A stretch of 64,000 nucleotides of DNA from Octopus sinensis. Taxonomy: Eukaryota. A program made the translations under genes and the position numbers. The stretch's first letter is position 1. The number at the start of each line of letters is the position of its first letter. This document shows, one piece after another, positions 13,401 through 25,604 of the stretch. Below the pieces are notes generated by a model, which was not told the origin of the DNA, made no database searches, and saw only the letters and a list, made by a program, of their open reading frames with translations. The stretch covers positions 81,096,001 to 81,160,000 of the forward strand of contig NC_043002.1 of assembly GCF_006345805.1 (NCBI RefSeq), given 5' to 3'.

Positions 13401-14286
13401 CTACCGCATAATATATATAACCTTTGTCTTTCGATTTCATTTCCTGTTTTGTTTCTTTTTTATTTCCGTTTATGTATTTGTTTTGCAAGATTTCCTGATG
13501 TGAAATCGTGTGTTGAGACAGATATTGTTATATTCGGGGATAGTCAACGAACAAAAAATGACCACGCCCAAATATAACAATTTAGGTATTTCGTTATGTT
13601 TCTGTTCTTCTTGATGGGGTCGCAGTATAATAGGATTTTGCTTTCGCAGTGATTAAAAGGTTACCAGGCTTCTGTTGTGCCATCTTTGTTTCAAATGAAA
13701 TTGCGAAGATGTTGATTTAGCATATAACATTGAATCTTTTATTTTATTTTTTTCACTTTTCTTTGACTCTATTAATTCATATCATTCTTTCTCGTCTGTT
13801 GAGAGAAATGTTGCGTATTATTATAACTGCGTTTTACTGGTACAAGTGTAATCAGTTTAATAAATATATTTAGAATAACATCGAGTTTTGCTTTGTGCAA
13901 CATATCTGCATTCTAATATGGAATAAGAAATCACGCACAAAAAAATATATGTATGATTTAGATTGGTTGATAAAAAAATGATAAGAATAATTACAATATT
14001 CAATCATTAAGGTTATTAATCGGTGTCTCAGCATGGCCGCAGCCTCATGGCTGACACATATAATAAAATAAAAGAATACATACATATAAGTACATATAGA
14101 TATATTTATGTATGTATGTATGTATGTATGTATACAGGCAATCATATATGTATTAAAGTATGGTTACATGTGAAGTTGTACATTAAAAAGCAGAGAGATC
14201 CCTCAATACTTTTTCGTTGAGAAAGTACTCATAAAATTATTACAGAGAATGTTTGATAGTGACTTCGAAATCACTCTCAGTCGTTT

Positions 14287-14452
<166 letters not shown>

Positions 14453-14508
14453 GTTTACTATTTCGTTGAGGTAAGATCAGGAAGAAAGGTACTCCATCCA
14501 GTGAGAAA

Positions 14509-15554
14509 TACATCTCATTCAATGTACACTGTATTAAAATAAGACCTACTAATAGTTTCTTGCCATTGACACACGTGATGAAGCAGATATTTATAGCGTA
14601 CCTTGTGTCTCCATGCACTCTTTTGGCTCTGGGCGCAGTATTTGTTCTATTTGAAGAGCAGGATGCTGGTACATGAGGAACCGCGACATAAAAGAAGATT
14701 GATACAAAAAGTAGAATGAAAAGAGGAATGGTGAATAATACCAGAAAACTAAAGGAAAAAATTAAATTAGAGTTAGGCCCTCTTTGACTGTAGAAATCAC
14801 AACTAAACTAGCTGATGTAGACTAATTCAAGCGAGAGGTGTGCAAAATCTGCAAGACAGTTGTTCGATCCGGAGAGAGTTCGACGAAATAAATTGCATTT
14901 GCTGAAAATTTCGGATCAGGAATTAAGTTGTGTGGCTAGCCATACGTAGCTAGCTACTAATTTGGCTGGCCACGAATTGGATTTGAAGACTAGCTGGCAT
15001 ACCATATATATATAGTTTTTTGTGGAGAATCGTGAAGAAATTTAAGCTATATGTAAACGGATCAAAGACATGCAGCATTGCTGAAAAATTGGATATTCTG
15101 TTTAGATCCAAGAACTCTACCATGCTACTTAATTCTAGATTCGAAATTTCCAACAAATGCAAGTATATAGACAAATGTCTCTTGTCGAACGAGAGGAAAC
15201 CACCCTATTCGGAGTAATCAGCTGTCTTGTAGACTTTGGTTTCCTCTCCGTTAAATTATTCTGTACCAGCTAGCTTAATTGCGATTTCTACGGTCAAAAA
15301 TAGTTTTCTTTTTCTGTCATTATTCACCCTTTGTCTACTCATTCCACTTTTTGCATCAACCTTATTCTCGTTTTCCGTCATAGTTTCTCATGTACCAGCG
15401 TCCCACTTTCCAAATAAAATAAACCATGTGCCCAGAGCCCGAGGATTGCTTAGAGAGACAAAGCGACTTACAAAAGTCTGCTGAGCCACATTGTTTCAAT
15501 GACAAGAAACTATTAGTACCTCGTATTTTAATACAGTGTACGTTAAGTGATATA
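14509..15554. mobile_element. Element bounded by about 60-bp imperfect inverted repeats (putative non-autonomous DNA transposon)
   Basis: 14509-14569 TACATCTCATTCAATGTACACTGTATTAAAATAAGACCTACTAATAGTTTCTTGCCATTGA versus reverse complement of 15496-15554 TATATCACTTAACGTACACTGTATTAAAATACGAGGTACTAATAGTTTCTTGTCATTGA. Confidence 0.65.
14950..15190 (+). pseudogene. Penelope-like element C-terminal (GIY-YIG region) remnant
   Basis: WRIVKKFKLYVNGSKTCSIAEKLDILF...LLNSRFEISNKCKYIDKCLLSN resembles the PLE C-terminus W.I...A..Y.NGSK.C.LC..EK..I....LLN.R.E..SKC.H..K.LL. Confidence 0.65.
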
Positions 15555-16022
15555 TATGTATATATGTGTATACACACACACAAAATACTCACGCACGCAC
15601 ACAACACTCACACACACACGCAAACAAACAAACATACATGTTGGAGATCCGGTTACAAACGGAAGGAGCCACAGTTTAAGTAAGGTATTCAGTACATTAA
15701 ATAGAGTATATTAATTGTTTTAATTATATTTTAGCTACTACATTGCTAGTACTGATGCATTCCTGCCAGAATACAGGCCAAGGAATTCAGAAATATCAAC
15801 CTTTTGAGTGTCACTTATTAAAAATATACATCAGTCTGTGTGCGTATGTACGTGTATGTGTACGCACAGGTATTTATGCATATAGATATGTGTGTGTATT
15901 CATGTATACGTACATGTATATATATAATTATATATATATATGTATGTATATACATGTACATATACATGAATATATATATAGGTATATATATATATATACA
16001 TATATATGTGTATATATATATA

Positions 16023-16670
16023 TTAGAAACATTGTTGTTTTTAAACTTCTCAATGAGAGATATCCAGTAGCACTTTAAAGTAACCATTTTTTGCTAACCT
16101 AATGTGGCAGTTCCATTTTGGGGCGAATGCTAATGTTGTTTAGCCCTAGGAGACATCGTCTCCAGCTGGTTATACGACACACGAACTACGTCATTATATT
16201 TTCGAAATAGGGGGGTTAGCACCCCCACCCACCACAAAGCAGTATTTGTGGGCCATACAGTTTCAGGGCTATTTCCCTTCGTCGGCACAGAATAACTCTT
16301 CGGTTGAGATGGTGATATAAAACATCAGTTCGAAAATATATATCATTTTCTAAGTGATTCACAGTCACTGATCAAATTAAAATAGAAACATCGTTGTTCC
16401 TAAATCTTACAACGAGAGATAAGTAGTAGCAGCACTTTAAAGTAGTCATTTCTTGCCAACCTAATGAGGCAGTCCCATTTTAGGGCGAATGATACTGTTG
16501 TTTATCTCCTGAAACCCTGAATCTGTACAGTCCACAGATACTGCTTTGTGCTGAGTGGGGGTGCTAACCACCTCTATTCGAAAATATCAGGACACAGATC
16601 GTGTGTTGTATAACCAGCTGGGGACAATGTCTCCTGTAGCATTCGCCCTAAGATGAGACTGCCACATCAC
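16023..16670. repeat. Composite direct-plus-inverted repeat structure
   Basis: 16023-16147 resembles 16383-16510 (direct); 16148-16268 resembles the reverse complement of 16515-16635; 16102-16132 resembles the reverse complement of 16637-16667. Confidence 0.85.
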
Positions 16671-16718
16671 GTTCACAAAAAATCGTTAAATATATATATA
16701 ATATATATAATATATATA

Positions 16719-16770
<52 letters not shown>

Positions 16771-16778
16771 CTATTGTT

Positions 16779-16817
<39 letters not shown>

Positions 16818-17535
16818 CATCTATATACGTGGCATATATGCATGTACGTTTGTATGCCTGTATTAATATTCATGAATATTTTTAAGTTTCTCATTAACAT
16901 AAACTCAGGTGTGAAGCATTAGAAATATTATTAGAAGCAGATAGAAATAAGTCATGCACGGACAGGTTGAAACGTCCTTGAGTCTTTGATATATGTATAT
17001 TGTAATATACTGTAAAGTAGAATAGTACAACACATAATAGATTATCTTAAATTTGGTACAATCATCACAGCTTGGATTAGCATATTCTTTATAATACACG
17101 AAATAGAATATATTCAGTGCAGTGTTGTATAATGTGTAAATAACCTCGGACGCTTATATGTGATATCAGTACTACAATTGACACTTATCGCATTCTTTAT
17201 GAACTTGCAGGTATTAGCGAACACGAGATGCAACAGTTATACAGCCTTCAGAATAGTCTAACGAGAATCGAACCTGCGGTTGTCCATTTGCTTGATTGCG
17301 TACACTTTTTAATTTGCTTCTATTTTCCAAGCAAAACCAATCCGCACAGCATGACTAAGAGTATTTCTAATGCAAAAACATGCAAATGCGATATATAAAT
17401 ATGCATATATATGTGAGGGTATATGTGTGTATATGTATGTATATATATTTATCTATATATTGTATATGTATTGGGATATATATATATATATATAATATAT
17501 ATATATTATATATAATATATATATATATATATATA

Positions 17536-18058
17536 GCAATTAAGGAAAACTACTTAATAAGGAAAACTTAACAAGAAATTGTCAGGTAGATAGCGTAAAA
17601 ACCTCATAAGAGAAAAAATTTCGAAAATAATTATTCTTTTTGAACATATTAATTTATATATAGAGGGCATTATATATACATGCCAGAAGGCATTATACAT
17701 ACATGCCAAACGCTAAGAGGGACAATCAGTCATTTCTACCAAAAATATTACTAATCCCACCGAATGCAATTTTTCAAAGTAAGACATTTAAAAAATATAG
17801 ACCTGTATCACAGTGATTTCATACTTACGTATCATCAGCAGGCCTGAATGTATTAAATAAACAACGACCCTGCCCCGCTTAAGCCGATCAGCTAACTGAT
17901 CAACATCAACGAAGCACATGGGTGAGTTTACATATATTACATCCGGGTAAATGGCAAACTTTTACGAATTGCATTTCAGGAGAGGAAAAGTTTTTTCGGA
18001 ATAAAAATTTAGCAATTAAGGACAACTACTTAATAAGGAAAACTCAACAAGAAATTGT
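17536..18058 (-). mobile_element. PLE pseudo-LTR or retrozyme-like unit carrying a hammerhead, bounded by 47-bp direct repeats
   Basis: Direct repeats 17536-17582 and 18012-18058 (2 mismatches); central hammerhead; 17568-17636 (minus) similar to 32665-32730, which precedes a PLE ORF fragment. Confidence 0.6.
17799..17845 (-). ncRNA. Type I hammerhead ribozyme motif (minimal, near-palindromic stem III)
   Basis: Minus strand AGGCCTG-CTGATGA-TACGTAAGTAT-GAAA-TCACTGTGAT-A-CAGGTCT: 7-bp stem I (one G-U), intact CUGAUGA and GAAA, stem II UAC/GUA with GUAA loop plus one extra U, stem III AUCAC/GUGAU, AUA cleavage triplet. Confidence 0.8.
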
Positions 18059-18063
18059 TACAA

Positions 18064-18109
<46 letters not shown>

Positions 18110-18277
18110 GCTATATATATAAATTTTACACATATCCGCGCGCACATATACATACATTGCATGCATATAATATATATATAAATATGAGTTATGTATACAT
18201 AGAAATATATATATATATACATGTAGATACATATATGTATGTATGTATGAGTTATACATCGTCCTATCTCGTGTCAC

Positions 18278-18308
<31 letters not shown>

Positions 18309-18767
18309 TGTTGTTGTTGTTAAGGGGATGACACAGAGGGAGCAATAGAGAGAACATCATTAGTTAACAAGTGCATCAGGATAACACAGCACACTTTAAA
18401 AGCCACCCTTCCCGCAAAAATAAACAGCAATAACGGAAGGAACAATAACAGAAACAAAAAAAGAAAAAACAACAACAATAAGGAAAGTTTAGCTGTTACT
18501 TGTCATGGTTAAATCTAAAAGAACAATAATAACAACAATAATATGATATATATATATATAAATGTATGATAATATTAATAAAAGTACTCCCATGAATGTA
18601 TTTCTGTAAACTATCATACTCCGAATACCCATCTCCACATAACAAAAAAAAAAAAAAACAGAAAAGAAAGAAATCATAAATAAATAAATAAATGATGCAG
18701 CATTAACAAAGAAGAAAAAAATAAGAAAAATCGATACCTAATTCGAAACAAAATCAAAAGAATTACA

Positions 18768-18816
<49 letters not shown>

Positions 18817-18844
18817 GATAATAATAATATTAGTAATAATAATA

Positions 18845-18895
<51 letters not shown>

Positions 18896-18896
18896 A

Positions 18897-18952
<56 letters not shown>

Positions 18953-19070
18953 TAATAATAATAATGATAGATAATAATAATATTAGTAATAATAATAATA
19001 ATAATAATAATATAATAATAATAATAAAAATAATAGTGATAATAATAAAATAAAAATGATAATAATAAAA
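18768..19070. repeat. Interrupted (AAT)n microsatellite
   Basis: Direct reading. Confidence 0.95.
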
Positions 19071-19549
19071 TCAGAACTCCTAGCGAAAAAAATTCGATAT
19101 ATGCAGTTTTGAATAAGACGTTTTTTTTTTGTTTTGCTTTGATTTTTTTATTTTTGTTATTGTTTTTTGTTTGTTTTTTTTCGCCAAATAGACTAATAGA
19201 CTCGAGTAGAAAGTAAAGGCATAAAATGTTTAACCAAAATAGATGCATGAATAGATTGATGGGCTACAATCATAAAAACAACAAGAAGCACATGAGTAAC
19301 AAAAAAAAAGCAAATAATGAGATTAAAAAGAAAAAAAAAAACAATATCGAGTCAAATAAATAGAGTATATTTAAAATTCTTATAAAAAGTTTATTTTAGG
19401 TCTTTCAGAAAGAAACGAATGATTCCATTTTTGAATAGTCTGATGGACTGTCTGTCTCTTGGACTCCACAGTGAAGCGTGCGAGCATTATGACGGATAAT
19501 GATCCTTTATATACTTGTATGTATATGTGTAATGCATTCGTGTATTTAA

Positions 19550-19551
19550 GA

Positions 19552-19604
<53 letters not shown>

Positions 19605-19789
19605 TATATACATATATATATGTGTATGTATATTTATGTATATATAGGTCGACATACATGTGCTTTTGTAGGTACATACTTTTGTAAAAGTATGTATGTA
19701 TGTGCCAATGCAGGTAACAATGTAAGCTTCTGAATTTGAAAGTGTCTGTGCATACAATATGGTATTTATAAGTTCATATACATACATAC

Positions 19790-19823
<34 letters not shown>

Positions 19824-19888
19824 GAATGTACAGATGGACACATCTATATGTAAAAGTATATGTAGAAATGCCAGTGTATGTTTGTATG

Positions 19889-19940
<52 letters not shown>

Positions 19941-20162
19941 CATACACACATATATATATATATATGGATATATGCTTTTATATATATAAATGTAGGTATG
20001 TATATATCAATCTATTATGTGTATGTGTGTATATTTATATATGTACTTATATATCATATATATATAATATATATATATATATATAGATATATATATATAT
20101 ATACATACATACACATACATATATTTACATATATATATACATACGTACATACATACATACAT

Positions 20163-20238
<76 letters not shown>

Positions 20239-20240
20239 TA
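19550..20240. repeat. Compound (TA)n/(TACA)n microsatellite field
   Basis: Direct reading. Confidence 0.9.
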
Positions 20241-21051
20241 CATTGTACTTTCCTATAGAGAATATCTAAGGCAATTTTTATCTAGAACAGTTTCTGTAGA
20301 CAGATATAAATGCTTTGTGTATAAAATACCACCGTGGATCGAACAGAAGGGATCAGCGGGGTTAGTTTCTGTTCTCTGCTCTTAAACAGCACTCATAATC
20401 TTCAGCACGCTCCCCACAAACACACAGACACACAGACGCACACACATACGCACACACACACACACGAACACACACATACACATGTACACTGCATGTATAT
20501 GTGAATATGTACATACAACCATACATACATACGTATATATATACATATATATATGTTCTTCAGGGAAGTGTTGAGGTCGATTCTTGTCAGCATTTTTTCC
20601 ATATACATATATATATATATATTATATATATATATATAATATATATATATATATATAAGATAAGAGGAAAAAATCTATCAGAAAGGAACTCTATCTCTCT
20701 TTTAAAAATATCTTTTGATAAGCATAACAAATGCGCAACCGGTAAAAAGAACTTTCACCTACTTAAATTACTTAAATTACTTAAATTATTTTGTCAGCAT
20801 TTTCTTCATTTCCTTTTTTATATATCACAACTCGTGTTCCACATCTCCTTTATATATATATATATATATATATATATGCATGAAAAGATGGACAATGTCT
20901 TCGCCGTCATCAAATTTCGAAGTTGTTAACCTTTTCCTACCTAATGTTAATAAATACTCTGCTAAAATGTATGAAATGATTATTTTAGTTTAATGTTAAA
21001 TTGTCTATGCATATTACTTCACTTTAAACATTAATATAAGTACATACGTCA

Positions 21052-21450
21052 AGCGGCGAGCCAGCAGAAACGTTAGCACGCCGGGCGAAATGCGTAACCG
21101 TATTTCGTCTGCCGTTACGTTCAGAGTTCAAATTCCCCCGAGGTCGACTTTGCCTTTCATCCTTTCGGGGTCTATAAATGAAGTACTATTTACGCACTGG
21201 GGTCGATGTAATCGACTTAATCCGTTTGTCTGTCCTTGTTTGTCCTCTCTGTGTTTAGCCCCTTGAGGGTAATAACGAAACAGGTATTTCGTCTGCCGCT
21301 ACGTTCTGAGTTCAAATTCCGCCGAGGTCGACTTTGCTTTTCATCCATTCGGGGTCGATAAATTAACTACCAGTTGCATGCTGGGATCGATCCAATCGTC
21401 TTCCCCCTCCTCCAAAATTTAGGGCATTGTACCTAGAGTAGAAAAGAATC
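21052..21450 (+). mobile_element. SINE family A tandem dimer
   Basis: Head GCGGCGAGCCAGCAGAAACGTTAGC; second unit restarts at GTATTTCGTCTGCC (about 21283) after GAAACAG. Confidence 0.92.
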
Positions 21451-21452
21451 GT

Positions 21453-21990
21453 TGGCAGGCCGGACAAAATGCTTAGCGGCAATTCGTCCGTCTTTCTTTT
21501 CTCAGTTTAAATGTCACCGGCGTCGAATTAGCCATTCGTCACATCGGATTCGATAAAATAAGTACCAGTTGCACACTGGGATCGGTGTAATCGGCTTAAC
21601 CTCCTCCCCCGACATTGCTAGCCTTGTGACAAAATTTGAAATCAATATATGTACATACATAAAGAGTAGAGGTGGCAGAATCGTTAGCATGCCGGGCGAC
21701 ATGCTTAGCAGCATTTGGCCGTCCGTTTTCTGTGTTCAATATTCGCTGTGGTCGACTTTGCCTTTCATTCTTTCGGGGTCGATAAATTAAGTACCAGTTA
21801 CGCACTGGGCTCGATCTCATCGACTTAATCCGTTTGTCTGTCCTTGTTTGTACCCTCTATGTTCAGCCCCTTGTGGGCAATAAAGAAATTAGAATCGTTA
21901 ACACACAGGGCGAAATGCGTAGCAGCATTTTTTCTATTTTACATTCTGAGTTCAAATTTCGCCGAGGTCGAATTTACTTTTCATCTTTGC
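21453..21990 (+). mobile_element. Cluster of further family A SINE copies and fragments
   Basis: Heads or partial heads at about 21453, 21667 and 21892; core CTTTCATTCTTTCGGGGTCGATAAATTAAGTACC at 21761-21795. Confidence 0.8.
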
Positions 21991-22520
21991 AATGTCAAGA
22001 AAATAATTGTTAATGTAAACGACTAAGCCCCTCCCCTCAAATGTTAGCCTCTTTCCCCATAGCAGACAGGAATATGTACACATTCATACAAACATAACCG
22101 ACCGGAAATTGTTGTTTGGGAAAGTGCATGTACCCTCAGAGAGGTCAGCTACCTTACTAATGTGAATATGTCTTTGAAAATGAAAGAGCAGGGGCATAAG
22201 TACGGACAAATGCTTTGAAAATTCTAGCTTCTATATTCAGATTATGGATCTTCAATAATATCAATCGAAAATGTTGCAGATATTTTTTGCATTTCCTAAA
22301 ATAGTTTAATTTACATTTTGATTTTCGTTGTATGTATTAATATATACACGTATGCTTACATGTATGTATATGTGCGTATGTACACATGTGGCTTTATCAA
22401 TATTCTATATACATACATACATTCTATATATATACATACATACATTCTATATACATACATACATTCTATATATATACATACGTACATTCTATATACATAC
22501 ATACATGTATGTATGTGAGT

Positions 22521-22770
22521 GGAGGCGCGTGGCTTAGTAGTAAGGGTGTCAGTATCACGATCGTAAGATTGTGGTTTCGATTCCCTGGACCGGGCGACAC
22601 GTTGCGTTCTTGAGCAAAACACTTCACTTCACGTTGCTCCAGTCCACTCAGCTGGCAAAAATGAGTAACGCTGCGATGGACTGGCGTCCCGTCTAGCTGG
22701 GAAACACATACGCCATAGAAACCGGGAAACCGTGCCCATGACCCTGGCTAGGCTTTAAAAGGGCGCATTT
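22521..22770 (+). mobile_element. tRNA-derived SINE family C, full length
   Basis: GGAGGCGCGTGGCTTAGTAGTAAGGG A-box-like; GGTTTCGATTCC B-box-like; TTCTTGAGCAAAACACTTCACTTCACGTTGCTCCAGTCCACTCAGCTGG core. Confidence 0.9.
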
Positions 22771-23789
22771 ATTATTTTTTTATGTATGTATGTATGTATG
22801 TATGTATGTATGTATGTAGGCATGTATGTATGTATGTATGTATGTATGTATGTATGTATGCATGTATGCTTGTATGTATGTATGTATATGGAATTTCATC
22901 TTTAAAGCTCCGATGAAGCTATAAGTTGATACACACGCACTCAACATCTTATAGCAGAAACAGTTTTAACTTAATGATGTTCATGGCATAATTTTGTTCC
23001 CTTGTCATTTCTATAATCTCTTATATAGAGAGACAGGGGAGATGGAGAAGGAAAAAGAGGGAGAGAGAGAGGGAGACAGAGAGAGGGAGACAGACAGAGA
23101 GAGGTAGACAGGCAGACAGAGAGAAGCAGACAGACAGACAGACTCGCGTATGTACGTGCATACATACATACGCAAGTTGCTGAAAGTGCCCAAATTTCTT
23201 CCTGTGATAGCATTTTCTGTGGAATATAACACTAATGAACTGCCCTTAAACGTTATATTGGTAAAAATAAATCGTTTTCTTGAATCTGAACTGGAATCTC
23301 GTGTGTAATGTACCTTCTTACGTTCCGCATTGAGCGTTACAGCATATTTTGTAATTCAGTTGCGTAAATGGAAAATGGTTAATTCACTATTAAATATGAA
23401 TGCAGGATTAAGTGAAAGTGAAAACAGTTTTATTCCATTGAATACTGCTATTGAATATAAAATGTTATTTTTCATTCTTGAAATTCTTTAATTCTTAAAA
23501 TTGCATGAAGTATTGTTAACAAATAGGCTGTCAGGAGTTAAGCCACCCATGAAAATAATGTTATTCTCATAGCGTGCTTAAACTAGGATGACGAGAGGAA
23601 ATCAACACATTCGAATATTAGAAACGCAATGCATACAGCGGAGATACAAAAATGATATCGTTATTTGTGATGAACCTCCAGCTTATATGATATTCAATTT
23701 GTATCCATCAGAGCTTTGGAAATTCTGAACATTATTGCCAGTACATCAGGATATTCAATAGTTTGGGGTTTACCAGCAGACATAAGTAT

Positions 23790-25180
23790 CGATATTACTG
23801 AAGCTTCCATTTCTTGAACATTCTACATAAAATTCGTACTTATATTAATGTTTAAAGTGAAACAATATGCATAGACAATTTAACTTTAAAGTAAAGAATC
23901 GTTCCATACTTAGCAGAAGGAAAGTGGGACACCTTACGTGAAATTGTTGATGGAATTTATAGATTAACATGGCAAAGCTTAGTCTAACTGGAATCCGAGG
24001 TTTTCTAAATCATAACGACACGTCTGTTGACATGAGTGGATTTCTGAATGTAATTGCATCTTCTTTGAGCATCCAATGAGTAAAATAGTCTGACCTAAAA
24101 CAATAGGTTAAGCTTCATAACCAAGTGTCTTGTGCCATTCATACTGAAGCATTTAACAACTTCATCATTGCTTTAGTAAAGAATCGTAGAAAGAAACGTT
24201 CATGTTAACAAGGGTGTACAGTATACACTCTTCAAATAACACTGTCGAAATTAATGCGATACTAACCTTCAGCTGTAACTTCTTATTTTCTCTTTACAGA
24301 ATGAATCTGCTGGCACCGCAATATTTGTTCACGATCCTACCGGTGTATTTTGTAAATTGCTCTATATTGTTTGTTTAATGGATGTTGTACTTGATGTGCA
24401 ATAGTTGCTGAGGTGAATTCAACCCTTTCACCGTTTAGCAAGCAGACAAGTTGTTTAATGCGGATGTATCTTTCACGAATGGGTAAAACCAAAGAGCACT
24501 AGAAATCTTCATTGTTGTTGGTGCGTTGTCCATGCTGCAATTTGGTGACTTGATCGCTATTATTTTCCTTCATGAGATCCCTTATTAACATATTGTCACA
24601 TATATATATATAAAGGACTTTATTGAATTGCAGAATTCAATATTAACTTGCGCATTAAATATCTGAGTCGGAAGTGGAGAGTAAGGAGCTATCCATCTGT
24701 TGTGAATATCTGCTGTCTAAGGTTTGAAAAGTTCCATGCTCTGGTACAATAAGTTTGTTAGCAATATTCCTTTGTTTTCTTCTCCTTGATTAACATTCTT
24801 GTAAACAATTTCTTATATTTGTTGTCATTCGTGCTTGGTGAATTCCGTTGAGCATCGCAGATAATATGAATCTAAAGTTTCAACAATATCGAAGAGAACA
24901 TCATCCTTCCAAGGGTTTCGAAATTCTGTTGACTAGATGGAATCAAACTTTTTTTTGTGCATGAGCTAAACCCTTTCTTTCAATGCTATATATGTGACAC
25001 AACCGGTTCAGATACATGACTATTTAGCAATTAAATCCACTTTGTGTATAAAAAAAAAACATTTGCTGTGAAATTATGGCTGGAAGAATATCTTCTTGGT
25101 CTTCATTCCATTTAGATTTCAATGTGAAAGTAGATTTATGGGTTTCTAAGGCGGCAAACATATGCTGTTACATCCTGTAC
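23790..25180 (-). pseudogene. Highly degenerate, internally deleted Helitron Rep-helicase relic
   Basis: Minus-strand motifs in order: VQDVTAYV; TFTLKSKW; YSIE-RKGLAHA (24961-24990, HUH motif YSIEWQKRGLPHAH); NRWIAPYSPLPTQIFNAQVNIEFCNSIKS (24672-24704 onward, as in NRWVVPYSPLL...NAHINVEYCNSVKS); NGTR; and RIPVRLSFAM (23968-23999, PIF1-type QFPVRLAFAMTINK). Confidence 0.85.
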
Positions 25181-25604
25181 TTGTGAGTCGACGTATCGAA
25201 ACTGAGCAATAAGACATGTAAAGGTAATACTAAGCTAAGTAAGCTCTCCTCTAGCTATATCATTATTAATTGTATCTCGTCCGTGCACATTATCTTCCCT
25301 CTTCTGATGAGTTTTGCTATATCACAGTCTCTCATATAACAGCAAACAAACACGCAGAGATCTAGCGGAAGAGAGTTTAACTTCGATGCAAGTCGTTCAA
25401 TGAATTCTTTGGAACCGTTAAGTTATAGGCATAGAAATTCATACAAGCGTTCAGAGAAATTGAAATGAACTGAAACTTAACACTTGAAGAAAGTAAACAA
25501 AATAAAATTCTTGGTAATCATTACCGAACCATGAAGAAAAAGATAATTTAAAGATATTAAAAATTAATCAAAAGAAGTACTTTTCAGGCTTGAATAGAAA
25601 ATCT

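Noticed and set aside
17140-17400. Stop-free stretch of about 88 codons on the plus strand
   Set aside because: Expected by chance in 64 kb; the minus strand shows a SINE-like GGTTCGATTC box
17829-17843. 15-nt micro-exon with GTAAGT donor on the minus strand
   Set aside because: The GTAAGT is the stem II loop of the hammerhead motif, which explains the sequence better
23600-23830. Minus-strand peptide resembling a sushi/CCP domain (YVECSRNG...DGYKL...GSSQIT)
   Set aside because: Several stops, and the region aligns with a non-coding Helitron-flank copy at 22236-22265
24260-24345. Apparent branch point and acceptor (CTAAC...TTTACAG) on the plus strand
   Set aside because: Lies within the minus-strand Helitron relic; no good donor or recognisable peptide
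25305-25375. CTGATGA followed by a hairpin (possible hammerhead)
   Set aside because: G12 missing and no NUH site in register with stem I
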